Source: Camelus dromedarius (lineage: Eukaryota). From it: a DNA stretch of 64,000 nucleotides. The notes beneath the pieces are model-generated. The model made no database searches. It was not told the origin of the DNA and was given only the letters and a program-made list of their open reading frames with translations. This document shows positions 50,691 through 64,000 of the stretch, piece by piece (position 1 is the stretch's first letter; each line of letters opens with the position of its first letter). Made by a program: the position numbers and the translations under genes. The stretch covers positions 47,928,001 through 47,992,000 of the forward strand of contig NC_087436.1 of the NCBI RefSeq assembly GCF_036321535.1, given 5' to 3'.

Positions 50691-53429
50691 AGTAGAATTC
50701 TTGTTTATAATTTGGGAAATTATCAAGGAAAGGCAATTACAATGAAAATGTGTGACCTGTAATAAAGACCAGTGGTTGATCTTTATTCATCTGTAAAGTG
50801 ACGCATTGATAAAGGGCCTAGGCAAATTGTGAAATCATTTTGTAAAAAGCGCATCTGCAAAATATCTGTAGTTTCCAGGAGTCTGTTCTTTTCAGGGTCT
50901 CATGAAAATATGTGCGGTTTGTAGAGAAGCTGTAGCAACTGTGGCATCTGTTAGCAGAAGGAGTCCTTTTGGCTGGTGAGATGGTGAATTTAAGGATCCA
51001 CGCTGGGCTGAGGTTATGTGGAGAGTACTGAACTCCAGTGAGAAATGTGAAAGTCTCATCCTCACCACACCCAGGTTATGCACCCAAATTCCCAGACAAT
51101 TTTTGTATGTTCGGAAAAGTCTGTCCTCAATGAAAACCATCCTGCTCTATCACTAGAAACACATTTTTGCCTTTGATTGGGTATTGGTTGAGGACTCAGC
51201 AGTGAGCCAGCCAGCCAGCAGGACATGGGTGTGTGCTGTTACCCATCTGTACGCCCAAGCGTGTTTATCTAACAATGGAAAGATCCCTCGCAGACGTTAC
51301 CGGGACAGAGTGCACGAATGTTAAATGAAGTTCTCCCTAGAGCTCTCAGGCAGTTGCGATGGAGATTAATTTGTTAATCCTTAAGTTCAACTGCTTTGAA
51401 GACAAATAGCTCTATGCACAGTTGCTGGTAAATTTTTAGTAATAATTCTTATGATATAATCAGTAACTGGCTGATTACTCTTTCAGCTGATTTACTCTGT
51501 GAAACTGGGTTCTAAGTGCCTGTGATCTCTTTTTGGAAGTTTCCCAGAAAGCAGGACTGGACTTTTTATTTCGCAAGTTTGCTGTTATTTATTAATGTCT
51601 CTCTATAAGAAAGTCATTCTAATGTTTCTTGGAATCATCATTTGCAAGTTGTAAACAGTTTTCAGTGTGCCATTTATAAAAGTCCGGCTCCAATTCTCGT
51701 TACAAGGGGCTGAGCAGTATTATTTTAAGAGCTCGTTCTTGGCTTTTCCAAACCATCCTGTTCAAAATCACAGGCAGAATTTGATCAGCGTATATTACAG
51801 TGCTGTGCTCCAGGAGGGGAGATGAAAAGCACATGACCTGATCCTTTTGCTTTTGATCTGCCCTCAGAAAAGAGCCTGATGAGTACTGGGTTTTGTAATA
51901 AAAATCACTTCATCCAACGTGAATGTGGGAACAACTTGATTTGTTTGGGTGAGTAAAGTTCTGGTGATCTCATTTAAACCCAGGAAGTGTTAGAGTCAGA
52001 CCGTAATCCATCCTGTCTGATACCTGCTGTGCCCAGGTGTGGCTGTGTCTCTCCTCTTCCTACAGAACAAGGGAACCCAATCGCTCTAGTCTTCCAGCTA
52101 CACTGGAAAGAGTCTTACAGAGACTTAACCTTTTCAAACACACAGTGACATCCCTGCCTAGACTCAAAACATGTAGCAAACATGTAACTTAGGAAATCTG
52201 ATCTGGAAGGTAAAGTTTTTATTTCTTGCCTCTTCGACCAGGCAATAGGCTCATATCATCTTCCACAAATACCAAATATGAACCTAGACAAGGCTGAGTG
52301 AAGTCTTCTGCAAAATTTCTGTAAGTTCTGAAACTTGGGAGCAGGGCCTGAAAAAAAATACGGGTGTCTTTAAAATTCTGATGTGTGGGCATCATGAGGG
52401 GGGTTGATGGTGTGTACAAAAATCGCAGACATGATTTGAAATGAATTTGGTTCCAATCCTAGAAGCACTGTCTAAATTTGGGGATGAAAACTGACATGTC
52501 AATGTGACTTAACTAATTTAACATGGTGAAAACTTTAACTCAATTTGTTCAGAATCATAAACAAGTTAGACACCAAATAAATGTTTTGGTGGTGGCAGTC
52601 CGTGACACAGACATTTGGAAAAAGCACTGTAGTAGTTATGTGCCAGGTGCTCTATTGCTGTGGCTGGTGTATCAAGATACTGAATCCTCCAAGTATTCCA
52701 TCTGTGTACCTCCAGGATGTTTAAAGGAAGCCATCGTAAGTTTCTCACCTTTTTGCTTTTTTACGAACACCTCTTAGTGGTGGAGGTTAACTAGGAGTGC
52801 TATAAGATATGACCTGCCGATGAGAAAAATATTGAGAGACAAAGGCAAAGAGAAGTTAGAAGCATTTAGGATGGTGTGTCACCAGCTTCATCCGATCCTC
52901 AGAAGTATCCAGTGTCACAGCCCCCACCCACCAAGAGGTTTTAACAATTTCCTGAGGGCAGTTAGGGAAAAGGTGAACTGTGGATTTCACTGCTACGAGG
53001 ACAGCCTTATTGCTGTAGTAGAGACCAGCGATAACCACTTAGAAAGGAAAGAGCCTACATTTCACTTTAGATAATTTATACGCGAAAAATCACATCAGCT
53101 CTAGGAATGTAACGTGAAGGAGCTGATGACAGCACTGGAGAATGTGAATCTGAGGCTCAGCATGAAATACTTGCAGCCAGGTTGCTGGCTGGAGAGTTGC
53201 TCATCAACCAGTTTTCCTTCTTTTTAAACACATACGACGTCCTTAGTTAACAGTTGTAGGTTACAAAGGTTTATGTAGCACTTCACTGATCTTTAAAAAA
53301 TCTGTTTCAAAATTATACAAAATTCTCTCTTGATCTTCAAGTTCTTTCTTTTTACATCTTCTGATGGGTACTTGTATGAGCATTTTTGTTAATTCAATGG
53401 TACAAATTTCTAACCCCGGTTGCAACAAA

Positions 53430-53770
53430 ATCTCATTCATTAATTCATTTCTGGGCAAAATGTGGGCTGCCAAGCTATTCCAGGCATCATGTGACCACTG
53501 GGGATACAGAGATGAAAGACGATGTCCATAATCAGAGTATAAATAAGAGGAAGTATTTAACAGAGCATGATGCATATCATGGTACAGATAAGCATGAAGT
53601 GTTAGCAGAATATGGCTTGAAGGGGGCACCCAAATCAGCTGGAGTGAAGAGCCAGCCCAGAACGTTTCAGGAAAGTGAAGTTACTTGATATAATCTCTGA
53701 ATGATGAGTTGGGATTATTCTGATGATGAAGTGGCTGAAGGAAAGGTATTGTTCACAGAGGAAAAACGTT
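53430..53770 (-). mobile_element. L2 3' fragment
   Basis: tcattcattaattcatt...ccaggcatcatgtg...ctggggatacagagatgaa...caggaaagtgaagttacttga. Confidence 0.7.
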
Positions 53771-55195
53771 TGTAAATGCACAGTCACAAGGGCGTGCGGC
53801 TAACTCAGGGCCATGCAGGCAGCCCTGTGGAGCTGGTGTGTCTGAGGCAGTGCTGGGGAGGTGGGCAGGGGGCATGTGCCATGCTAAGAACAAAACTGTT
53901 CTGCTCATCTTTATTGCAACACAGCTGCCTTCCTCAGTTAAAACAAACAAAAACAGATGGGACAGATTTTCAATTGCATCCCAAACATAGTTCTAGAAAC
54001 ACCTTACCGTTGGATGTGAGGGAAGAATTTTTGAAAAAAGTATAGGATTTCAGATTGACCCTAGTAAAGTGGTATGAAAAACTCTATTAACCTTCAGCTA
54101 ATGAATTTTGTTCGATCGGTTTGCCTAGACTTCCTATTGACCAAAAGAGCACTCGCGTTGTCTTGAGGCAGGACGTATCTACCCCAGTCCCTGGGGCAAG
54201 CCTTGCTCTCTTAGCTGAACTCCCCTTTCCTCTTCTCCCTCCCCCAGCTCACATTTTAAAGCCCCATATTTGCTGCAAATTTCTGCTGGAATGTGAGGCC
54301 AGACACAGGGGTGTTAAAAAGAGTCCAATGCCAGTACATCTGGGGATCCTTAGTGATGAACAAGGGCCAAGAAAAGAAGCAGCAGAAATACAGAGGAGCA
54401 TACTCTTTGCATAGTCTGGAAGGGCCAGTGGGATGAAGGGGAAGTGACTTGAGCCTGGAGACATGATTTCATTTTTTTTTTTTTCATCTGGTAACAAATC
54501 ATCTGACCTCTCCTGCACTATTGGGAGTGTCCCAGTCACCACACCAAGCAGATGTACTGGGATGTGGGTGGTGTGGGAGACCAAAGTCTTATGTGTTTTC
54601 TTTGAGATGACTAACACATTGAGTATGTCATCGCTAGATGTACCACATTTCTAAGGCTGAGATTTGAACACTAGGGTCACACAAACCAAAGGATCTGTCA
54701 TTTGGCTCAGAATTTCCCCCCTTTCCAATCTTCTGGCAAAGCATTTAAATAGGACTTTTTGATATAAGTAGATTATAAGCCAATGAATGATGTCCTTCTC
54801 TATGATGTGTTATTCGCTAGACATAAATTTCCTTTGTCTTGTGCGCTGACCTTCCTTTTTCCACGTAAAAAGAATGTAAATTGGTTCATGGGAGTAGGAG
54901 GCTAAGAAGTAAGACCATGTGTGTATTGAGATATTGATTATTTTTCAGAAGTATTATTTTAATAAACAACATATAGTCATATAATCAATGTCATCTGATG
55001 CTAAAAATATAAATACTCTCCAAGCTGGGGCTTTCCAACCTAATGGTCTTGTGAATGTCTGAAATAAATGAGAAACCTTGGATATTGTAATTTCATTTGT
55101 CAGGAAGTCAGGCAGTAATTCCCCTGGATGCTTTAACCCTATGATTATGTTAAGAGTCTTCGAGACTGGTTCAAACTCTCTCAAACATCATTTGA

Positions 55196-55241
55196 GATCT
55201 TTGGAACCTGATCTTTGGAACCTGTCCTGATCTTTGGAACC
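55196..55241. repeat. Three copies of GATCTTTGGAACC
   Basis: gatctttggaacct gatctttggaacct gtcct gatctttggaacc. Confidence 0.9.
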
Positions 55242-56381
55242 CAGAAATGACAATATACATGTCCTGAGCATGCTCCTTGCATGAAGGACTTCTATGTGAG
55301 GTCTACCTTATCAACTGAACATTCCAAATAAATGAAAATGAAACATGGGCACGAAGCACAGAGCCTTAGCCATTTTATAGGTTATAAAAATATCAATTTA
55401 GGATACCTAGAGAAGGAATCAGATTGGGAAATGGGAAAGAATAAAGAGGGCAAAATCACTGATTATATGAGATCCCTCTCATTCCTTTCTCTTAGTAACA
55501 GACCAGCTTAGTAACATCCGAACTTACCTCTCAGGAGTCGAAGCTCTTCATCCCATCACACATATAACTTGCATTGCAGTCCCTCCATATCTCAGGAGTG
55601 TATAATATCATAATGATCTAGTCTGAGACTCTTCACGGACTTTCCTCCAGAGGGCAAAGGCAGACATAGGTGAGTTAAGGAGGCATATTTCTGTGCTGAA
55701 ACTGTGAACCATCTCTTCGTCCTACTTTATTAATCACAAAGCTTCACTCTCTGTGGCTGTTGCTACTGAGTAAACCTCTTGTTCCGCTCCTCTGGGTGAT
55801 CATGTGGGAACATGCTGCTTCTCCAATGATTGCTTCTCCTTCTAGCCCACGTGGAGGATAAAATGCTGCCTGACTTCTTGTTTCTGACTCTAAATTTAAA
55901 TTAACCGTTTATATTTTCAAGCAATATTTACACAGGGCTTGAAGTAGTTCTTTCTTACACAGAAATTAAGAGCCTTTTCACTGCAACTAAATATTGAGGA
56001 TTACATTTTGCTGTGCTTTTTTCCCATCTTCCCAACAATAAAAGGGCACTATTTTCAATTTCACCAGCTTCCATCAACTGTTTCCTGAAAATCAGAACAG
56101 AATATGGTGAGTGGCCATTTGACTATTAGTCTAGCCTAATTCCTAGAAGAAAGAGAATTAAATGAGACTAGAGAAGCATAAAGTTTGCATGTTCTATAGT
56201 AAAATCAGCCAAGACAAGAAACATTAGCTCAATTAAATAATTGTTAGAACAATGGATTATTTTATATATATTATATATATGTATATATAATACATATATA
56301 AAACAAAATTTGGATGTTGCATTGACAGTCTGATTCTGCTAATAAAGTGAGAAAATTTTTAATCATGAAATTTCAGTCTGT

Positions 56382-57181
56382 ATTTTTTTAACATTTTTAT
56401 AGAGTAATAGTCATTTTACAATATTGTGTCAAATTCCAGTGTAGAGCACAATTTTTCAGTTATACATGAACATACATATATTCATTGTCACTTTTTTTTT
56501 TTGCTGTGAGCTACCACAAGATCTTGTATATACTTCCCTGTGCTGTACAGTATAATCTTGTTTATCTATTCTACATTTTGAAATCCCAGTCTGTCCCTTC
56601 CCACCCACCACCCCCTTGGCAACCACAAGTTTGTATTCTATGAGCCTGTTTCTGTTTTATATATATTTTAGATTCCACATATGAGTGATCTTACATGGTA
56701 TTTTTTTTCCACTTTCTGGCATATTTCACTTAGAATGACATTCTCCAGTAACATCCATGTTGCTGCAAATGGCGTTATGTTGTCAGTTTTTATGGCTGAA
56801 TAGTATTCCATGGTATGAATATACCATCTCTTCTTTATCCAGTCATCTTTTGATGGACATTTAGGCTGTTTCCATGTCTTGGCTATTGTGTATACTGCTG
56901 CTATGAACGTTGGGGTGCAGGTGTCATTTTGAAGTAGGGTTCCTTCTGGATATATGCCCAGGAGCAGGATTCCTGGGTCATATGGTAAGCCTATTCCTAG
57001 TCTTTTGCGGAATCTCCATACTATTTTCCACAGTGGCTGCACCAAACTGTATTCCCACCAGCAGTGGAGGAGGGTTCCCTTTTCTCCACAGCCTCTCCAG
57101 CATGTGTCATTTGTGGACTTTTGAATGATGGCCATTCTGACTGATGTGAGGTGATACCTCATTGTAGCTTTGATTTGCAAG
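56382..57181 (-). mobile_element. Relatively young 5'-truncated L1 (~800 bp)
   Basis: Perfect 15-bp TSD gaaatttcagtctgt (56367-56381 and 57182-57196), T-rich tail on the plus strand, ORF2 C-terminus and 3'UTR. Confidence 0.93.
56668..57180 (-). pseudogene. L1 ORF2p C-terminal (Cys-rich) segment, no start codon
   Basis: [18 protein letters not shown]...[18 protein letters not shown]...[14 protein letters not shown]...WKQPKCPS...MEYYSAIK...SLICGI*. Confidence 0.93.
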
Positions 57182-57325
57182 GAAATTTCAGTCTGTGTTC
57201 TTGATACTCTTGCATGAAGCCCCAGCTCCAGGAAACCCAAGTTCTTCCAAGCATTCCTAATATGAAAACCATGAGGCATAAATTAGCAAGGAATAAGAAA
57301 TTTCACTTTGAATCTCATAATATTA

Positions 57326-57478
57326 CAGTTATCCCTCAGTATCCGCAGGGGACTGGTTCCAGGACACCCCACAGGTGCCAAAATCCAAAGATGTTCAAGT
57401 CCCTTATATGAAATGGCTTAGTACTGTTGACCCTCTGTATCCGTGGGTTCCACGTCTGTGGATATGGAGAGTCTACTG
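57326..57478. mobile_element. TcMar-Tigger MITE (MER2/Tigger-like)
   Basis: TA flanks; imperfect TIRs cagttatccctcagtatcc / ggatatggagagtctactg; body actggttccaggac...ccaaaatcca...tcaagtcccttata. Confidence 0.8.
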
Positions 57479-60400
57479 TAGTTCTTTTAAAACTATTAAT
57501 TTTGATACATCATAAATGCACCTATTGAAGATTATTAAATGTTTAAAAAGATTTACTTGGAAACTAAATGTTCCTCCTTTCTCTGTTCTCAATAACCATG
57601 TTCACCTTCCCATGGGTAAATTTTGTTATTTATTTCTTCACTATACTTAGAGAACACAACCTAACTTAGCACACACACAAACAAACCCACACACATCTTC
57701 ACTGAATTCTCATATTCCCATTTGGAAACTCATGATATTATAAGTGAAAATGACTTCAACTCATGAAATATTTCAAATTCACAAGGGTTTACATTTGGGC
57801 ACAGCAATCTTTACCAACATGGACCTATTCTATAATCATAAAGAAGGTCTTTTCTAAACAGCAGTTTGAAAGGATGTTGTTTTCCTATCCACCTGGACAT
57901 TGATACTTGGATTTTCAATGGAAAGGAAAATTTGATGCTATACAAAGAATAGAAAATAATGAAAACATACATCATCTATTTATCATACTTGATGTGGGGA
58001 AGAAGAGTACTTGTTTTGTAAAGACCAACAGGACACATGATGCAAAGAAAACTGCAAAGCTGTGCACTGCCAACAAGACGCAGGTGTACACCACATGAGG
58101 GTGTGAAACAAGCCAGCCGTGATGGGTGTGTTGACAGCTCTGAGTCCCCACAGTGTTGCTCCCAAAGTGCACTGGTGTGTTTGTTATGTGTAACTTTACC
58201 TTTTTATATAGTTTTAGAAATTCTCAAGCTCACCCCTAAGCACAGTGGCTAAGCACTAGGAGTGAAGAGGAACCTGCCTGGAAATAGTTGTTGTTGTCAG
58301 TGAGTCTCTTGCTTAGACTCATGTTGGTGTCAGGGAACCAGCCCCACTTAGACTTATGTCCATCTGGGAGATATGGTTGAGTCGTATCTCCTGTAGTCCA
58401 GACACTGTATAACACATGTACAAAAAGCGTCTTTAATCTTTGCAACAATCCTGTGTAATCCAGTGTTCCTGTCTTACCTTGCCACAGAATCACCAGGACA
58501 GTATTCATTAAAAATATAGATTCATGGATGACGTCCAGTCCTACAGAATTAGGGTCTCTATGAGGAGTCTCTTAATAAGTAGTTTTTAAAGAAACCCCAT
58601 GAGATGTTTAAGGTTAGTTAAGAAAGGAAATGCTGCTGAAGGGAGGAATTATATCCATCTTATCAAGGAGGAAACTGAGACTCAGTTAAGTAACTTGTAA
58701 CAATAAATTAATTGTGGGGGTATAACTTAAATTGCAGTGTAACTCCAAAATTCTTCTTACCATGTTACCTTGCTGCTGGTCATGAGGTCAGGCAAACTTG
58801 TGGGGCTGCAATGAAAATTTTATATTACAAGCATTTGATCCTGAATTTGGAAGAGCACTTGAAATTGTGTACTTTCTTCCTCGGTTTTGCGTAGGACAAT
58901 TATACTGAACCAATCATAGAATTATAAAGGACTTTATAACTTATATACAAAGCTTAAAGGGCTCCAACTATGGTGTGAAAGCCCCATGGAGGCTTGACTG
59001 CATTCTGAACATGGGATAGAAGCTCTCTGTCCTATATATTACAAGTGAAGGGGAAATGGTTAAAAACAAGCAAAAATAAAAAGCCAGGTAAGTAATACGG
59101 TTTACATTTGTCTAGGTGCTGAGACCATATGGGAAGGGTTAGCTCTCCTCATTCAACCCATGATCAATAGCAGTAATGGACATGTTACAGTTGAGGATGT
59201 GGTCTATGTTCAAAGTAGAGCATTCCCCGGAATCTCCTTTCCGCTTAATGACATACAGAGAACAGGGTGGAGGAACCGAAGTTGCAAAGGACCCTGTCTT
59301 TATTTCATAGAATTATTGCTTTTTAGGATTTAAGTGAGGTTCTCTGAATACATTGGGGAGGTTAATGGAACCCTGGTGGAAATCCATCATAATTTATAAT
59401 CCAGGCAGTATTAGTAGACAAGCTCTCAATTCTGGACTTTTATATCAAAAATTAAATGTCTAACAAACTTAGCCTTGAAATGAATGTGTATAAAAGGTTC
59501 TCAAAAGTTTTCCATGGTGTGCACAGCATGAACTGTTTTGGGGAATCAATTTCCAGATCCTCAACTTCCATGGTTCTTTTTCTTACAATTGTCTGGGAAT
59601 ATGCCTATGTTTACAGTAAGTATTTTGCTGTTTTATGGGGGGAAAAGGCAAAACTGTCACGCATTCCAAATCTTGATATACTGCATTCGCCAGAGGTAAA
59701 ACATTTTTGGATGACAAACTAACGTAGAATTTGGCATATTTGTTTTAACAAAGATATTCTTAATAGTTGATCAGTGCATCCCAAACATACAAAGTTACTT
59801 TCTTTCCTTCTCTTATCATTAATTTTTTAAAAGTGAATCTTGGCCCCAGTTGGAAAGTTCTGGATATAGAACATTCAAAATAGTTGTGATGACTTGTGTG
59901 TTTTGAAATTTAACTTAATGTTTTCTAACTTTTTCAAGGAAAAGTATTTATCAATAAATGTTATGATTTATTTTAGCATTGGTATGCATTGACCAATAAA
60001 GTAGGTAAAAAGCTATTTTATTGAATCTTGTCAGATTACTGTGAACTTCATCTTATAAAATTTTTGGTGTAATCATATTAACAAAACAAACTTAAACTTA
60101 TGCTGTAACAAATATGAGAAGATATATGTTTTTTCAAAATTATTTTAGGGATAACATAGGCAAGACATTTGTAGATCACTGAACTATTTGTGACTGTATG
60201 GATCATAGTTGGTGTTCAATTAATAAATGCTGAACAAATAATTATTGAATACTGAATGAATATTCAAGCAGCTGCCTTAAGAATCTATGGCACACATCCA
60301 GAACATCATGAGATATCTGAAAATTTCCCCTCAAATTTAATATAGCTCAATCCTCCTGGCCTCAGGTTCAGGAATCCTCAAAGATGCATCTAGTAAACCC

Positions 60401-63400
60401 CTATCCCCTAGAGGTAATTGTGGACAAAGGAAAAGATCAAATTGCACAGGCTTTGGCCTGAAGCGTACAACTGCACATTAGCCAGATTGAGTTAATAGTT
60501 CCCTGTGTCTCCTGCAGTTGGAATTTTAGGGTTTGATTTTGAAATGACCACCTCAAAGGGTAGCATATTTTGCCTGCTCACTGAAAAAGAGATCTATCAT
60601 GAAATGTCAGGACGAGGGAAATTAATCTTTTCTTGAAGGACCTAGAGGAAGCCAGTCTGATCTGGTTTCCCAAATGTAACTGCCAACACTTGGCTGTGCA
60701 CTCTTGGAGACCCCAGACGTGTTCCAGTCCCCTGCCCTGTGCCGCTACCTCCCTCTATCCACTGACCTCAAATGTTTTGTATTCCCACAGCTGGGTTGTC
60801 CCTTGCAGGCTTTCTTCTGCCTGCCCAGCTGATGACGTTTTTCTGGCTCCAGAAAACTTCCGAGATTGTTATAAACAGTGCTTGCGGGGACAAAGGATTG
60901 TCCCAATTAAAACAACAACAACAAAACTAGGACGGTCTTGCAAGAATCCGGATGGGTGGCTAGCCCACATGAACACTCTGTGATGTTTCTTCTTTTTCTC
61001 CCCTCATCATTAACAGGAACAATGTCATTGTTTTGAAAAGTGGGGAGTTAATCTAAGGTTTTAGTTGTGGACAAAGGTCTACTAAACTGTCAGCGCTACT
61101 GAGATACCTGAAACAGTTTTCCTCATTTAGTTACTTCATCGGTGAACTGGAGGTTCCTTAAGGGATGAGCAGTAATTGAAAAATAAGAATAAATACAACC
61201 CTACATCTAAGTCTTGATTTAACAAGACTTTTCTCCCTGCAGTTTTTAGACTAATTGGAAAAAAGTTTCAATTGATTCAGATAAGATGCAGTAACATTTT
61301 ATTTTGTTCATTAGAATATTATTTATTACTTGCGTGATGAGATTTTGCTTATAACTGATTACACTGAGTTGAAGTGGACATAAAACTGTTGTCAAAAAGA
61401 TGGAATGAGAAAATGTTGTTTACAGTCTTGTCAGTGTTTTCTGCCAGTTTTCTGTTTTTCCAACAGCTGCAGCAGGACATGCTGTTGGTATTTAGAGGCT
61501 TCTAGAAAGAGAAGTGGCCAAGTTTATTTTTCTGATCTCTAAATTCAGCACGTAGGTCATTCAAACACCTCCTCTGTGTGTGCATTAAACCATCGTCATT
61601 AAATGCTCTGAGTCGTGACATCTCACAGGGAGGCCTGAAAGCCAGCGCAGAGCTCTGAATCCCCAAGTTTTCTGTGGCTGAGCACATACAACTCACTTGC
61701 CGAAATTACTTAACCTGTCTTTACTTCACTGCTAAAATTTTAAATAATGATTCCAGAATTGCATATAGTAAATGGGCTTAAAAAAAAAAACAACCCTTTA
61801 TACTAAAAAAGAAATGCTTTTTTCTGATAGACATTATTTTCAAGCTGTGTCCAACGTGTTCACTCTTTTTTTAGCCCATGGCATGGTGGTAATGCTAAGT
61901 AGCACTGCTATTTATGGGAACCACTGTATTTTTAGCCTAGAAAGGGAGTTGGGCAAAACTTCTTTGCTTTTTTTGGCCTGATCACGGACCGCTCTCATAC
62001 TTTCTTAATTTATGACCCATCATGTGCTATTATTAGGTGTCTCAAATGAATTCATCTCCTAAGTGTGACTGAGGCTAAGTCATGAATGATTCTTCACGAA
62101 GGCGAGTGTTCCTGGATGCTCAGGCAACTGAATTTCTCATGCAGTTCTGGAACGTTTTAGTACAGAACAGGTGTATAGAAGGTCTCTCCCTAATTCTTTC
62201 ACTTGACTTTCAGTCTTCCACACAGACTGTCACTGTTCCTCATACTGTTCACCTAAAATCAAGTAAATGAAGGGCCATAAAAATATACTGTTAATAATTT
62301 TCATAGGTTTATAAAGTCAGTCTTCTTATCCATTTATAAAATAAGTACCAGGGAAGCATATTACTACTTTTGTTAAGTAGAAACTTAGACTAAGGTACTC
62401 AAATATACTTTTTGTTTGTCACAAAATCATCATCAAATGGGACTAGAAACAGCCTTTGGAGGCCAAAAGCCTTTGGGAAAGTTTCTGAATGGCACTTTTA
62501 TTAATGTGTGTAATTTCCCTCCAGCGGTCTGTTAATTGCCACAAGTCATCACTCCTTCAAGATCCTCTCTAACTACTTTAACCATGTGCTTTTCTTTGTC
62601 TGTCTCCCTCCCTCCCTCCCTCGCCTACTGTGATACCACTTCCAGACAAGGTAAAGGGGTTAATGTAGGAAAACCCAGTAGCAAGCTGCAGAGCCCTTCT
62701 ACTTGAGTTTAAAGCTCCTTACTGAAAAATAATGCGTTAGGCTGAAAGCACGAGAATTGCTATTAATGGATCAGATCCGTATTTTCTCAAGTTCTATGTT
62801 TTTTTTCTTGCTAATGGTTACACACAGGGAAACTTTATGGCTGACTAGATCCATCCTGGGGGACACTGATTTCGGAAGACAAGGTGTGCCCTCAAATATC
62901 ACTGGCTTTCCCTAAAACCTGTTTCAGTCAACCTGTCTCATCCATTCTTGATTTTATTCATTTATAAAGGCTGTTTATTGGAGCCAGAGTTCCATAACCA
63001 TACTAGAAGCTGTGTCATATAACCCTGTATTTTAATTATTGAGGTTTATTTTTTGTCAAAATTTATCTTAATATGTTTGGGATTCATTCCATTCCAAGTA
63101 CAAGTTCACATTAACAGTAACCTTCCATTAAAAAAAAAAATTCCTGCACACTTTTTCTGCCTTTATCACTTCTATTTCAATCCAGTTAGAAGATACATTA
63201 AGACACAGTGAAACTACGTATCTTCTAATATTTTTTCTCTCTTCCCTCTGAAAAAATTGTGAGAATTTTACTGTGGTCCCATTCAAATAAAGAACTACTG
63301 TGCATATTACTTTTGTAATAGCATCAAATATCTTCCATCTCATGTATTTTCAATTTCAGTATTTTCCATTTCCCATCAACTGAGAATGAAAAGATGAGGA

Positions 63401-64000
63401 TGAGCCTTCCACAATTTTCTGCATAAATGAACTGCTACTTTAGCAAACAACTTGCTTTTTACCATACAGATGATTTTTTTTAGGAATGGAATCAAGTTGT
63501 TATTCTGTGAACTCTGAATTCCTTGAAGATTCGATGTGTGAGATGGCACATGTTTACTTCTGTTGAAAGAACATCCTATTTTTGAGGAAGGGAGAATAAA
63601 ACTTGTGAGACATCAAATGTTTCTTGCAAAACAATTTGGTGAAATGAATGTAAATGAAGCAGAAACAAGTGAATTGTATTTCAATTAAGATGACTGGGTT
63701 TAAATAGGAAGGGAGTAAAGTGCTCCAGGGAAAGAGTGTAGCAAGTCAGGAAGTGACATTTTGTTTTGTTTTCATCAGTCTTGGACTCTTAAAAAATGGC
63801 TTGATACTCTGAAATCACCTTCATTCAGATTCTCTCTGAAGCATAATGATGGTGTCAGAATGGGACAGTTACATCCTAATTCGTTTTATAGCTTTATCTG
63901 GCTCCAACTGTAATGTAGGCATTAAACATCGCTACCGTGGAATTCTTCAAAAGCACTTTCAGTTTGAAGTTAGAGGTGTTCCTATTTTCTGTTTTCTTTG

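Noticed and set aside
1..64000. CRISPR array, operon or other prokaryote-style system
   Set aside because: The sequence is mammalian non-coding DNA with no repeat-spacer array or dense gene cluster.

Overview
AT-rich, CpG-poor eutherian genomic DNA. It is most likely camelid (camel, alpaca or llama), judged from a Vic-1-type tRNA-derived SINE and an artiodactyl-type L1 3' end. I recognise no cellular protein-coding exon. The only ORF-track hits with recognisable products are LINE-1 ORF1 (22.6-22.9 kb) and ORF2 (56.7-57.2 kb) remnants. The window looks intronic or intergenic and is filled with old repeats (MIR, L2, CR1/L3, MER5A/MER33/MER119-like hATs, MLT1/MLT2 LTRs, L1MB/MC) and a few younger ones (a SINE, an L1 with a 15-bp TSD, an ERV1 solo LTR). 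The most unusual element is a decayed ~500-bp 28S rRNA pseudogene at ~5.8-6.3 kb. It consists of two non-contiguous 28S segments joined in permuted order (domain V/VI piece first, domain II piece second), with no poly(A) or TSD, between two truncated repeats. Other points of note are a 5'-only L1 with its GC-rich promoter next to a CTCF-like motif, nested insertions, and a CpG-rich patch inside an L2. Repeat families were assigned by eye from remembered consensus sequences, so subfamily names and boundaries are approximate. I found no convincing evidence of a new multi-gene system.
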